Source: Bacteroidota bacterium
GTDB taxonomy: Bacteria > Bacteroidota > Bacteroidia > AKYH767-A > OLB10
Direction of reading: 5' to 3'
DNA length: 64,000 nucleotides
NCBI GenBank assembly: GCA_046303115.1
Contig: JBKCGZ010000207.1
Location: forward strand, 29-64,028
The position numbers and the translations under genes were made by a program. Positions 10,268-19,926 of this stretch are shown piece by piece. The notes under the pieces were generated by a model, which saw only the letters and a program-made list of their open reading frames with translations, was not told the origin of the DNA and did no database searches. Positions within the stretch are counted from its first letter, which is position 1. Every line of letters starts with the position of its first letter.

Positions 10268-11107
10268 TTAAATTGCATTTTTTATTTCAAAAGCACAATC
10301 TTCTGCAGCTTCAAAAATTAAATCGTGCGCTACACCAACAAATATTTTTTGTTTTACCGTTGGAAGTATTTTCTTTAATTCTTCTGCCACCGCCTGATAC
10401 ATCGGTGTACACTTTTCGCCAAGCAATATTGTAACAGGCATCGTTAGTTTTCTTAACGCTTCCGCGGATGCGATTGTTGCAGGGGCTTGCTGATACACTA
10501 AATGAAATAATGAACCAGCATTCGCAATCATATCTTTTTTTATTTCCTCCGGAAGTGTATTAAATCCTTTACCACCGATAGCATAGTCTAACAAAGTTTT
10601 CACAGCCAATGCAGGGTCGCCTGATTCAAACGTGGCTTTAATATTTTCAAAAGCATTTATTCGGATGTTGATGATCTCTTGATAAACAGGATTATCATTC
10701 ACCAGCGAAGGCAAGGTTGCTTCAGCAAGAAATAAATGTTTTATTAGATGAGGTGCTAACACAGCAGCACTCGCTGCAACCAATCCACCATATGAATGTC
10801 CTAATAATATTACCTCTTTCAACTCCAACGCCTCCATGAAGGCAACAAGGTCACGGGCATGCGTATCCGCTCCATATACTCCTGAAGGATTCGGATGATT
10901 TGGTAAATGAAATCGCTGCGAAAAACTAATCACGCGAAAATCACGAATGAGATGATCACGTAAAAAAGCAACATGATTACAACTGGCTGCTGCGCCATGC
11001 ACAAATAAAAATGTTGGTGCACTGCGACCATTGAGGTCACTCAAAGGACCTGCATCAGAATAATGCAGGATGGTATCATTAATAGCAATCGTTTTTAATC
11101 TCGACAT
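10268..11107 (-). CDS. alpha/beta-fold hydrolase
   Basis: The HG oxyanion motif (FVHGAAAS) and nucleophile elbow GHSYGG are present. Its start overlaps the stop of the upstream aldo/keto reductase gene (TAATG). Confidence 0.85.
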   Translation of the reverse strand: MSRLKTIAINDTILHYSDAGPLSDLNGRSAPTFLFVHGAAASCNHVAFLRDHLIRDFRVISFSQRFHLPNHPNPSGVYGADTHARDLVAFMEALELKEVILLGHSYGGLVAASAAVLAPHLIKHLFLAEATLPSLVNDNPVYQEIINIRINAFENIKATFESGDPALAVKTLLDYAIGGKGFNTLPEEIKKDMIANAGSLFHLVYQQAPATIASAEALRKLTMPVTILLGEKCTPMYQAVAEELKKILPTVKQKIFVGVAHDLIFEAAEDCAFEIKNAI

Positions 11108-12090
11108 TAAAAATCAGGTAATACAGGTTTGTTATTTAATACAAGGTCAACGCTGTTCATCACATCCGAAGTTAACAATGGTAGAGCATCAATCGCTTTT
11201 AAATTTTCTTCCAATTGGGGAACTTTACTCGCACCTAAAATAACCGTACTTACATTCGGATTTTTCAAGCACCATGCAATACCAAATACAGGAAGTGATA
11301 CATTGATATCGTCTGCAATTTTCTTAATTGCCTTTACTTTATTGATGCGTTCTTCCGTTAGATTTCTTTCTTTCAACCACTCTAATCCTTCAATAGAAAG
11401 TCGTGTGTCGGTAGGATTATCAAATAAATATTTTCCTGATAAAACTCCACTCGCTAATGGCGACCAGATAGTAGTTGCTAATCCTTGATGTTTGAACAAA
11501 TGCAAATAATCATCTTCCATTTTTTTACGCTCCAGCATATTATACTGAGGCTGCTCCATTACTGGAGGAATCAAATGATGACGAGCTGCTTCTAAATGCG
11601 CCTGTAAAATTTCTTGTGCACTCCACTCAGATGTTCCCCAATATAAAATCTTGCCTTGCTGAATCAAGTAATTCATCGCCTGAACTGTTTCTAAAATCGG
11701 CGTTTGCTTATCAGGACGATGACAATAATATAAATCGATGTAATCAACTTGCAAACGCCTTAAAGCTGCATCGCATCCTTCAATAATATGCTTACGACTT
11801 AATCCGCGTTGATTCGGTTTGTTCTCTTCAAATCCGAAGAACACCTTACTCGAAACCATGTATGAGCTACGCGTCCATTTTACTTTACTGAGAATATTTC
11901 CCATTACCTCTTCACTTTTTCCGCGTGCATAGATTTCTGCGTTATCAAAAAAGTTAATGCCAGCATCGTAGGCTTTAATCATCAATTCTTCTGCGGTTGT
12001 ATCGGCTATTTGCTTTCCAAAAGTCAACCATGTTCCGAAGGAAAGAGCGCTTATTTGTAATCCGGTGCTACCAAATTTTCTGTATTCCAT
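11107..12090 (-). CDS. aldo/keto reductase (Kv-beta-like subfamily)
   Basis: MEYRKFGSTGLQISALSFGTW, the DNAEIY catalytic Tyr region, and the YCHRPD and WGTSEW motifs are present. Confidence 0.9.
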   Translation of the reverse strand: MEYRKFGSTGLQISALSFGTWLTFGKQIADTTAEELMIKAYDAGINFFDNAEIYARGKSEEVMGNILSKVKWTRSSYMVSSKVFFGFEENKPNQRGLSRKHIIEGCDAALRRLQVDYIDLYYCHRPDKQTPILETVQAMNYLIQQGKILYWGTSEWSAQEILQAHLEAARHHLIPPVMEQPQYNMLERKKMEDDYLHLFKHQGLATTIWSPLASGVLSGKYLFDNPTDTRLSIEGLEWLKERNLTEERINKVKAIKKIADDINVSLPVFGIAWCLKNPNVSTVILGASKVPQLEENLKAIDALPLLTSDVMNSVDLVLNNKPVLPDF

Positions 12091-12188
12091 GTTTTTAATA
12101 TTTCAGGTGAAAGTACAACTTACAAACGATTAAATTTCGATTGTGTCAGTAGAAAATGATAGTTGATTTTATTTCAGATAAATAAATT

Positions 12189-14033
12189 TTAGGCATGTTG
12201 AATTTTGCCCACCAAAAAATACATATCAATCTTACCTTTATTTTTTGCTTCTATCTTACCTCGGTGTTCACATTGATACTGATCTTTAATCAAATCATAG
12301 GTTGCACCCGACAAATTAATTTTGTTGACTTCCCCACTGCTTTCTAAACGGGAAGCTGTATTAACGGTATCACCCCAAATGTCGTAGGAGAATTTTTTTA
12401 TTCCTACAATTCCGGCAATCACAGGACCTGTATGAATTCCAATTCGTATTTCAAAAAACGGTTTGTTATTTTTTATTCGCTCTTGCTTTAAACTTTCCAT
12501 GAATAAAATAATTTCTTCCGCTGCCATCACCACATCTATTGGATGAGTAGTATTTGTGGTTGGTAATCCACCAGCCGCCATGTACGCATCTCCAATTGTT
12601 TTTATTTTTTCAATATTATACTTCCCCATTATTTTATCGATGCCTTTAAAGCAGGTATCAATTTCTGTTACCAATTCTTTCGGAGAAAGCATTTCTGATA
12701 TAGTTGTGAAGCCTTTAAAATCAGTAAAGAGAACTGTTACACTATCGAAATTTTTTGTTTCAGCCTTTCCTTTTTTCTTCAACTCTTGTGCAGTATCAAA
12801 AGGAAGGATGTTCAGCAATAACTCATCAGAACGCTTTTTACCTTTAATCATAACCACTAAAAGCAATACAATAAGAACGACTATTCCTGCAGCAGAGATT
12901 AAACCAATACGTTGCTTTTGAATTTGCGAATCAGCAATTGCTTCCTTCTGCGCGTATTGTAAACTATCGGATAATTTTTCCTTTTCATAATTGAAATTAA
13001 GCTCTTTTTCAACCATTGATCGCTCATTATCGGTATTCTTGATGGAATCGCTAATCTGCTTATAAATTTCAAAATATTGAAGAGCCTCCTCCATATTACC
13101 CATTGCTTTATTGCTTTTGTACAAGCAATCGCAGGCATCACTTCGCAAAGGAGGGATTTTTAATTCTGCTGCTGCATCGTATGCCGACTGACACCATTTT
13201 TTTGCTGTTGCATAGTCGCCACTCTCATTATAAACTAATCCCTTATTTAAACTAGCAATAATTTGAAATCGTTTATTGCCAATTTTTTTAAATATGGTAA
13301 ATGCACTGTCGGTAGAAGCTAACGACTTTTCAAAATAAGAAGAAACGACTAATTTATTAATATTCTCTCTTTTACTTTCAATTGTCCCAAGCTCATAGTA
13401 CACATATCCTATATTTCCATAGGCTACTGCAGCTTGTACGGGATTCTTATCAGGATTAATAAACTTTAAACTTTCATTATAAAATTGCAGTGATTCTATA
13501 TGACGCTTTGTTGCTCCGTAAATATTACCCAAAAGACTAAGTGAGGTAGCGACACGCACAGAATCACCGATGACACGATTAATTTTCAAGGCTTTTTTAT
13601 GATACTCCTCTGCCTTAACATTATTTTCCTGTCGCTCGTAAATTTGTCCTATTACACTATAACAATCAGCGATCAGATTTTTGTCTTTCAATTGTTCACT
13701 AATCTTTAAGGCTTGCTGTGCATATTCGAGTGCTTTAGGATATAACCCTTGAATTAGGTACGTTCGTGCTCGAGTTAATTTATTTAATTCAACTTGATCC
13801 AAACTATCGACTGTAGTCATTTTTCTAATTAACGCACTTGATTCCTCCAGCATAATCAAAGCACTATCAGGATTGGTGTTCGTAAGAATATCCGCAGCTT
13901 TATGAAACGATTCTATCCGAGATTTCAGATTTAAAGAAGTATTGTTCCCTGCTTTTATATGATCTTTTAAATTGTTTTGCGCTTTTGCTTGAAAGACAAA
14001 TAAAAACAATATTAGCAAGGGTATATTCTTCAT
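12189..14033 (-). CDS. membrane-anchored TPR-repeat sensor fused to a class III adenylate/guanylate cyclase domain
   Basis: The order is signal peptide, multiple TPR-like repeats, one TM segment (GLISAAGIVVLIVLLLVVMI), then a cyclase core (VTVLFTDFKGFT, IGDAYMAAGG, RIGIHTGPVIAGIVG, WGDTVNTASRLES). Confidence 0.85.
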   Translation of the reverse strand: MKNIPLLILFLFVFQAKAQNNLKDHIKAGNNTSLNLKSRIESFHKAADILTNTNPDSALIMLEESSALIRKMTTVDSLDQVELNKLTRARTYLIQGLYPKALEYAQQALKISEQLKDKNLIADCYSVIGQIYERQENNVKAEEYHKKALKINRVIGDSVRVATSLSLLGNIYGATKRHIESLQFYNESLKFINPDKNPVQAAVAYGNIGYVYYELGTIESKRENINKLVVSSYFEKSLASTDSAFTIFKKIGNKRFQIIASLNKGLVYNESGDYATAKKWCQSAYDAAAELKIPPLRSDACDCLYKSNKAMGNMEEALQYFEIYKQISDSIKNTDNERSMVEKELNFNYEKEKLSDSLQYAQKEAIADSQIQKQRIGLISAAGIVVLIVLLLVVMIKGKKRSDELLLNILPFDTAQELKKKGKAETKNFDSVTVLFTDFKGFTTISEMLSPKELVTEIDTCFKGIDKIMGKYNIEKIKTIGDAYMAAGGLPTTNTTHPIDVVMAAEEIILFMESLKQERIKNNKPFFEIRIGIHTGPVIAGIVGIKKFSYDIWGDTVNTASRLESSGEVNKINLSGATYDLIKDQYQCEHRGKIEAKNKGKIDMYFLVGKIQHA

Positions 14034-14106
14034 TAAATAGTGTTTTGAAAGTCTTGTTGAATATCAGTAAGGAATGTTACTTGATTCGAATAATTTTGAT
14101 AATGTT

Positions 14107-14114
14107 CAAATGTA
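14107..14114 (-). promoter_or_regulatory. -7 promoter element (TAnnTTTG on the minus strand) for the cyclase gene
   Basis: The plus strand reads CAAATGTA, which is TACATTTG on the minus strand. It lies 73 nt upstream of the start at 14033. Confidence 0.35.
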
Positions 14115-14433
14115 TTTATTTCTCTGATAGCCTTTAGAAAGTTACTCAAGAATTTACCAATATTGTTTTCAGTACTTATTCTTAATTTAATTATCGGACA
14201 ATTGGAGGTAAATTATGAGCATATTTTTACTGAAATATGGCTTAAAATCAAAGAGTTTTATTTGACTTGTGTGGCAAAATGTCGTAATTTGCTTAACATA
14301 TTTATATGTTACCAACCACCACATTGCAATACATCGAACTATTATTCGAAATTTGCGATATTCATCCTATAAATAACAGATGAAATAATTTACTTATTAA
14401 AACCAGTTGTTAACCTATACAAATCCTTTACAA

Positions 14434-17400
14434 ATGTTTCGTTTATTTACTCTTTTAACATCACTATTAATAGGAAGTGTTGCAAATGCTCAAGTATTTT
14501 CAGGTGATAATGCCAAATCTATCAACAAAAACTTATCAGAGGTTAGATATGATAACAGAAGCACTGCACCACTTTACATGCAATTTTTACCTTCCTCGTC
14601 TATATCATCGAATGAAGGCATCAGTGGGATTGCAAGTATATTAGGAATGTCGAGTGTAGACTCATGGCAACTAATAAGAAATGATAAAGATGATTTAGGG
14701 TACACGCACAACCGTTATCAGCAATATTATCAGAACATAAAAGTTGTTACAGGAGAGTATATCCTACATATTAAAGGATCGAAAATTGTTTCTGCAAATG
14801 GAATTTTTTACAAACCAATTAATATTTCCACAATTGCAGAACTTACACAACAACAAGCATTAGATCAGGCGAAGAAAGATATAGGGGCCACCAAGTATTT
14901 ATGGGAATGTTCGGAAGCGGAACAAATTGCACTTAGCGGAAAAGTATATTCACCTAGTGGAGAATTAGTCATTCTTCCCTCTTTAAATGGTGATAAAAAA
15001 CAAAAACCAATTTTATGTTGGAAGTTAGATGTATATGCCACCACACCACATGAGCGATACAATGTTTACGTAGATGCTAATTCAGGAAAAGTTGTTTTTA
15101 AAGAAAATAGAATTTGTACAGTTACAACTAACGGTACTGCGGTAACTAAATATAGCGGAACACAAACTATTAAAGTGGATAGTTTATCAGCCACTAGCTA
15201 TCGTCTTCGTGAATATTCACGTGGTGCTGGTGTTGAAACATATAACATGCAAAAAGGTACTAGTTACGCTTCTGCTGTAGATTTTACTGATACCGATAAT
15301 TTCTGGAACACAACAACTAATCAAGATGACGCGGCTTTAGATGCTCACTATGGAGCTGAAAAAACATACGATTATTATTTCATTAAACACAATCGTAATA
15401 GTTACGACAATCTAGGAAGCGTTTTAAGATCATACGTTCACTACAGCAATTCTTATAACAATGCATTTTGGAATGGAAGCGTTATGACGTATGGTGATGG
15501 AAACGGAACTACCTTCTCTCCTTTAACAGAATTAGACATTGCAGCGCATGAATTATCACATGGAGTAACTGAGTTTTCATCCAACCTGATTTACTCTTAT
15601 GAGTCGGGCGCATTAAATGAGTCATTCTCTGATATCTTCGGAGTTTCAGTTGATTTTTATGCAAACCCTTCAACGGCAAATTGGATAATTGGAGATAAAA
15701 GTTATACCCCTGCGACTCCTGGCGATGGAATACGCTACATGAATAACCCTAATCTTGCGGGTGACCCTGATACGTATCTAGGAACAAATTGGTACACTGG
15801 AACGGCCGACAATGGAGGTGTTCATTATAACAGTGGAGTACAAAATTTCTGGTATTACTTGTTATGCACAGGTGGCAGTGGAACAAACGATAAAGGTTTT
15901 ATTTACAATGTAAGTAGTATAGGCATTAATGATGCAGGATTAGTTGCTTATAGAAATAACTGTTTCTATTTAACAAGCGGTTCCCAATATTCCGATGCTG
16001 CTTTTTATGCCATTAAATCGGCAAATGATTTATTCGGAAATTGCTCTTTCAAATCGCAACAAGTAAAAAATGCATGGGATGCTGTTGGTGTAGTGACTAA
16101 CTCGTTAAACTCTTTAGCAGCAACTACTATTGTTGGTGGAAGTTGTTTAGGGGCTCCACTACAACTGAGTGCTTCAGGTGGGGTTACATTTAGTTGGACA
16201 GGCCCGAATGGATTTAGCTCTACGCTACAAAACCCTGTTATTGCAAATGCATCAAACAGCAACAATGGAACATACTCATGTGTTATAACTGATACTAACG
16301 GATGCGTTGGAAATTCAAGCATCAAAGTAAACCTCAATAATTCTCCATCAATCACAGTAGCTGGTGGAGGATTAATTTGTAACGGGTCTTCCGTTCAATT
16401 AAATGCTAACGGTAGTGTATATGGGCAAGGACAAAACAATGGAAACAATACTACTCCATTAGCTCTTCCTGATTATCCAACAGCGGGTGTTTCATCAACC
16501 ATTACGATTAGCGGAAGTACAAACGCAAGTTCTCTTATTTCAGTTACAATCGATTCTTTAATTCACACCTATGATGCAGACTTAAAAATAGAACTAATTT
16601 CACCTTCTGGCTCATCTATTATTCTCGCTAATAGTGTAGGTTCTAGTGGAGATAACTTTATCAGAACAAAATTCGTCCCAGTTGGCACATCCATTAACAA
16701 TGGCATTGCGCCATTCACAGGTTCATATGCACCATCACAATCTTTTTCTTCACTTTCAGGATCTGCTAATGGAACATGGTCAATAAAAATTACGGATCTT
16801 GGTGCTGTGGATATAGGTACTTTATATAAATGGTCGATAGAGTTGCCTGCAAACTCAATTACTTCTTACAACTGGACGCCGAGTACAGGACTTAATAATG
16901 CAAGCATTAACAATCCAATTGCTAGTCCTGCACAAGCAACAACTTATACAGGTGTTGCTACAGATCAAAATGGATGTACTGCTTCAGGTACTGCAATAGT
17001 TGATATTGGAACATTAACCTTATCTGAAACTCATACCGATGTAGCTTGTAATGGTGCTTCTACAGGAAGTGCAACTGTAAATGTAACTGGAAATATTTCA
17101 GGAGCTGTATCTTACTTATGGAATAATGGTGAAACAACTTCTAGTATTAACAATTTAAATGCTGGTCAATATAGTTGTGTTGTTACTAACGGTAACGGAT
17201 GTACTTCATCACAACAAATAATCATTAATGAACCTTCATCATCTTTAAGTGGTCCATTAGATTTTACTAATGAAACTTGTCAGGCATCAAATGGAGTAAT
17301 TAGTATTTCAATATCAGGAGGTGTTGCACCGTATAGTACAACTTGGAGCAACGGAGGATCAGGAACAACCATAAATAATCTACCAGCGGGAACGTATCAG

Positions 17401-18498
17401 GCAACAGTAACTGATGCGAATGGTTGTGTATTAACAAATACAGTAACCCTAACAAATATTGGAACACCGTCAATTGGTACGATAGGTACAATATCAGGGA
17501 CAAAAAATGGGGTTTGTCCGGGTAGTACAAAAACATATTCTATTCCTGTTATTACTAATGCAACTAATTATAATTGGGTTGTGCCAGCAAATTCTTCTAT
17601 TCTTAGCGGACAAGGCACAAACACTATTACTGTAAAATTCGGTTCGACATTTACATTTGGGAATATTAACGTTTATGGAAGTAATACTTGTTCAAACACG
17701 AATACTGTAACATCTGTTATAAGAAGCGCACCTGCAACACCTGGGACAATCACAGGTCCAATTACGAATTTATGTGGTGCAACAACAACGTATAGTATAA
17801 ACAATGTTTTAAGTGCAACTTCGTATACATGGACGGTGCCTACGGGGGCTACAATTGTTAGTGGACAAGGAACAAAAGCTATTCAAGTGTCATGGCCATC
17901 AACAAATATTAGCAATCAGTCAATTTGTGTTACAGCTAATAATGCTTGCGGCAGTAGCTTACCCAAATGCTTAACAGCAGTTTCAACAATTCCTTTAAGA
18001 CCAGCAAAAATTACCGGACCATTAAGTGTATGTGCTGGACAAACCAATCTAACGTACAGCGTTACCGCCGAGCCTGGAGTAACTTATACTTGGGGTATTC
18101 CTAGTGGAGGTAGTATATTATCAGGACAAGGAACAGCAAATGTAACTGTGAAATGGGGTACTGCAAACGGAAGCATTCGTGTAACTGCAAGCAATGCATG
18201 TGGTGCACAAGCTATCAAATATCAATCTGTAAGTGTAACATGTAGAACAGCAGAATTCGCAAGTAACAATATTACATTATTCCCAAATCCTAATAATGGA
18301 AATGCAACAATCGATTTAGGAAGTGTGAAATCTTTTACTGTTTTAGTAAATGATATGTTAGGGCGTCAGATTATTCGTAAAGAAAGTTTTAATGATAGCT
18401 ATCAACTAAATTTAGGAGATCAACCAAAAGGAGTTTACATGGTTTCTGTAATACTTGAAAATGGTGACAAAAAAATCTTTAGAATGATTATTCAGTAA
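14434..18498 (+). CDS. secreted M4 (thermolysin-like) metalloprotease with proprotein-convertase P-domain, SprB-type and PKD-like repeats, and a type-A T9SS C-terminal sorting domain
   Basis: The signal peptide MFRLFTLLTSLLIGSVANAQ places the ATG at 14434, inside the TTG-initiated track ORF. The zinc site is HELSHG plus GALNESFSD. A P-domain-like block (HTYDADLKIELISPSGS ... GTWSIKITD) is present. The C-terminus is LFPNPNNGNATIDL...GVYMVSV. Confidence 0.85.
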   Translation: MFRLFTLLTSLLIGSVANAQVFSGDNAKSINKNLSEVRYDNRSTAPLYMQFLPSSSISSNEGISGIASILGMSSVDSWQLIRNDKDDLGYTHNRYQQYYQNIKVVTGEYILHIKGSKIVSANGIFYKPINISTIAELTQQQALDQAKKDIGATKYLWECSEAEQIALSGKVYSPSGELVILPSLNGDKKQKPILCWKLDVYATTPHERYNVYVDANSGKVVFKENRICTVTTNGTAVTKYSGTQTIKVDSLSATSYRLREYSRGAGVETYNMQKGTSYASAVDFTDTDNFWNTTTNQDDAALDAHYGAEKTYDYYFIKHNRNSYDNLGSVLRSYVHYSNSYNNAFWNGSVMTYGDGNGTTFSPLTELDIAAHELSHGVTEFSSNLIYSYESGALNESFSDIFGVSVDFYANPSTANWIIGDKSYTPATPGDGIRYMNNPNLAGDPDTYLGTNWYTGTADNGGVHYNSGVQNFWYYLLCTGGSGTNDKGFIYNVSSIGINDAGLVAYRNNCFYLTSGSQYSDAAFYAIKSANDLFGNCSFKSQQVKNAWDAVGVVTNSLNSLAATTIVGGSCLGAPLQLSASGGVTFSWTGPNGFSSTLQNPVIANASNSNNGTYSCVITDTNGCVGNSSIKVNLNNSPSITVAGGGLICNGSSVQLNANGSVYGQGQNNGNNTTPLALPDYPTAGVSSTITISGSTNASSLISVTIDSLIHTYDADLKIELISPSGSSIILANSVGSSGDNFIRTKFVPVGTSINNGIAPFTGSYAPSQSFSSLSGSANGTWSIKITDLGAVDIGTLYKWSIELPANSITSYNWTPSTGLNNASINNPIASPAQATTYTGVATDQNGCTASGTAIVDIGTLTLSETHTDVACNGASTGSATVNVTGNISGAVSYLWNNGETTSSINNLNAGQYSCVVTNGNGCTSSQQIIINEPSSSLSGPLDFTNETCQASNGVISISISGGVAPYSTTWSNGGSGTTINNLPAGTYQATVTDANGCVLTNTVTLTNIGTPSIGTIGTISGTKNGVCPGSTKTYSIPVITNATNYNWVVPANSSILSGQGTNTITVKFGSTFTFGNINVYGSNTCSNTNTVTSVIRSAPATPGTITGPITNLCGATTTYSINNVLSATSYTWTVPTGATIVSGQGTKAIQVSWPSTNISNQSICVTANNACGSSLPKCLTAVSTIPLRPAKITGPLSVCAGQTNLTYSVTAEPGVTYTWGIPSGGSILSGQGTANVTVKWGTANGSIRVTASNACGAQAIKYQSVSVTCRTAEFASNNITLFPNPNNGNATIDLGSVKSFTVLVNDMLGRQIIRKESFNDSYQLNLGDQPKGVYMVSVILENGDKKIFRMIIQ

Positions 18499-19782
18499 TC
18501 AATCAGCAATAGGCAAAGAAAAATAAAAACGACTTCCGAAGCCAGGGTAAGATTCTATATTTAACTCTGAGTTTTGTTTGTGTAAAAATTCCTTTACAAG
18601 TTGAAGGCCTAATCCATGACCTTTTTCATTTGATATACCTGAAGTACTAAAAGAAATTCCTCTTTTAAAATCTGATATTTCTTTTTCTGTCATCCCTTTC
18701 CCGAAATCTCGAATACTTAATTCGCAGTTGTTTTCTAAACGAGAAATAGATAATTGCACCTTACTTCCGTTAGTTGAAAATTTAATGGCATTTGAGATTA
18801 AATTTCTAAAAATTGCGTCCAACATATTTTTATCTCCCAATAAAAATACTCCATTAGCAGTATTTATAAATTCTATTTCAATTCCTTTTGATTGTCCAAC
18901 AACTTCAACTTGCTCTTTAACATACGATGTAATAGTATTTACATCTAATCTTTCAATATTAACATTAATTGCAGTCGATTGTGACTTTGCCCATTTAATA
19001 AGCTCCTCAATTAATAATAAGAGTTTGTTCGACTTTATTTTAATCTGACTAATAATATCTTTTTGCAAAACAGGGTCAATTTCCTGCTCCGTAAAAACAT
19101 TCATAGCTGAATTAAGTGCAATAATTGGAGAGCGTAAATCATGAGATATAACAGACATCATTTTATCACGCGTATACAATGCCGAAAGCAATTGATTATT
19201 TTTAATTTCAAGAAGCTCCGTTTTATCAATTAACTTATTATGGGTTTCGGTTGTATAACGTATAAAGTAAATTAATTCAATTAGACAAAATATCCCTACT
19301 CCAACTGTATTTGCAATTTTATCAGATTGGAGATGAGCATAATCTCTATGGTTGGAATCAAGATGTAGATCAAGAATACTTAATACAATCAGAACAAGAA
19401 TAGTTGAAAAAACTAAAATGTAACCTGTTATTTTTTCACTACCTTGAAACATTACTAATCCACCAATAATTAGCGGGAAAAAATACATGAAAACTAACGA
19501 ATCCATACCCGTAATTAAGCATAGAGCAGTAATTATTAAACTAATCTGGATATAGTTTAATAGTTTAGAAAAATAAAACTTGTCGATTTTGAATAGATAA
19601 AAACTAACTAACGTGAATGGTAATGCACAAATTGTAGCATATGCTTGCATCTCATCTTTGTAATACAGGTTTACAAAGAAAAATACGATAATATAAATAC
19701 CTATTACTTTTAATAACCCACCATGTACTTTTTTCGAATGTTCTAACGCAAAGCTTTCCGTTTTTATTGATGAATTTGACAT
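18499..19782 (-). CDS. membrane sensor histidine kinase (orphan), paralog 1
   Basis: An N-terminal domain with about 6 TM segments is followed by the H-box SHDLRSP, N-box NLISNAIKFS, G1 DFGKGM and G2 GHGLGL. The likely start is the ATG at 19782 (MSNSS...) rather than the TTG at 19866. Confidence 0.8.
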   Translation of the reverse strand: MSNSSIKTESFALEHSKKVHGGLLKVIGIYIIVFFFVNLYYKDEMQAYATICALPFTLVSFYLFKIDKFYFSKLLNYIQISLIITALCLITGMDSLVFMYFFPLIIGGLVMFQGSEKITGYILVFSTILVLIVLSILDLHLDSNHRDYAHLQSDKIANTVGVGIFCLIELIYFIRYTTETHNKLIDKTELLEIKNNQLLSALYTRDKMMSVISHDLRSPIIALNSAMNVFTEQEIDPVLQKDIISQIKIKSNKLLLLIEELIKWAKSQSTAINVNIERLDVNTITSYVKEQVEVVGQSKGIEIEFINTANGVFLLGDKNMLDAIFRNLISNAIKFSTNGSKVQLSISRLENNCELSIRDFGKGMTEKEISDFKRGISFSTSGISNEKGHGLGLQLVKEFLHKQNSELNIESYPGFGSRFYFSLPIAD

Positions 19783-19926
19783 TTTTTCTGAGTAAGTAAA
19801 GATTAAAATTAATCTTTTAAATGAAAATAGCCCGAAATATTCAAAATATTTAAAAAAAATTAACAATAGTTTTTTCTAAAATATCTAAAAAGAGAAATTA
19901 ATGATCAATTCTTGTAATATAATTTA

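Noticed and set aside
14085-14350. Invertible promoter flanked by the inverted repeats ttcgaataat / attattcgaa between the cyclase and M4 protease genes
   Set aside because: The repeat is only 10 bp, is AT-rich and contains the self-palindrome TTCGAA, so a chance occurrence is plausible. No recombinase gene is nearby.
14163-14372. 69-aa ORF in the AT-rich divergent promoter region
   Set aside because: It starts with a non-ATG codon, lies in extremely AT-rich sequence, has no promoter box at the expected spacing, and has an improbable composition.
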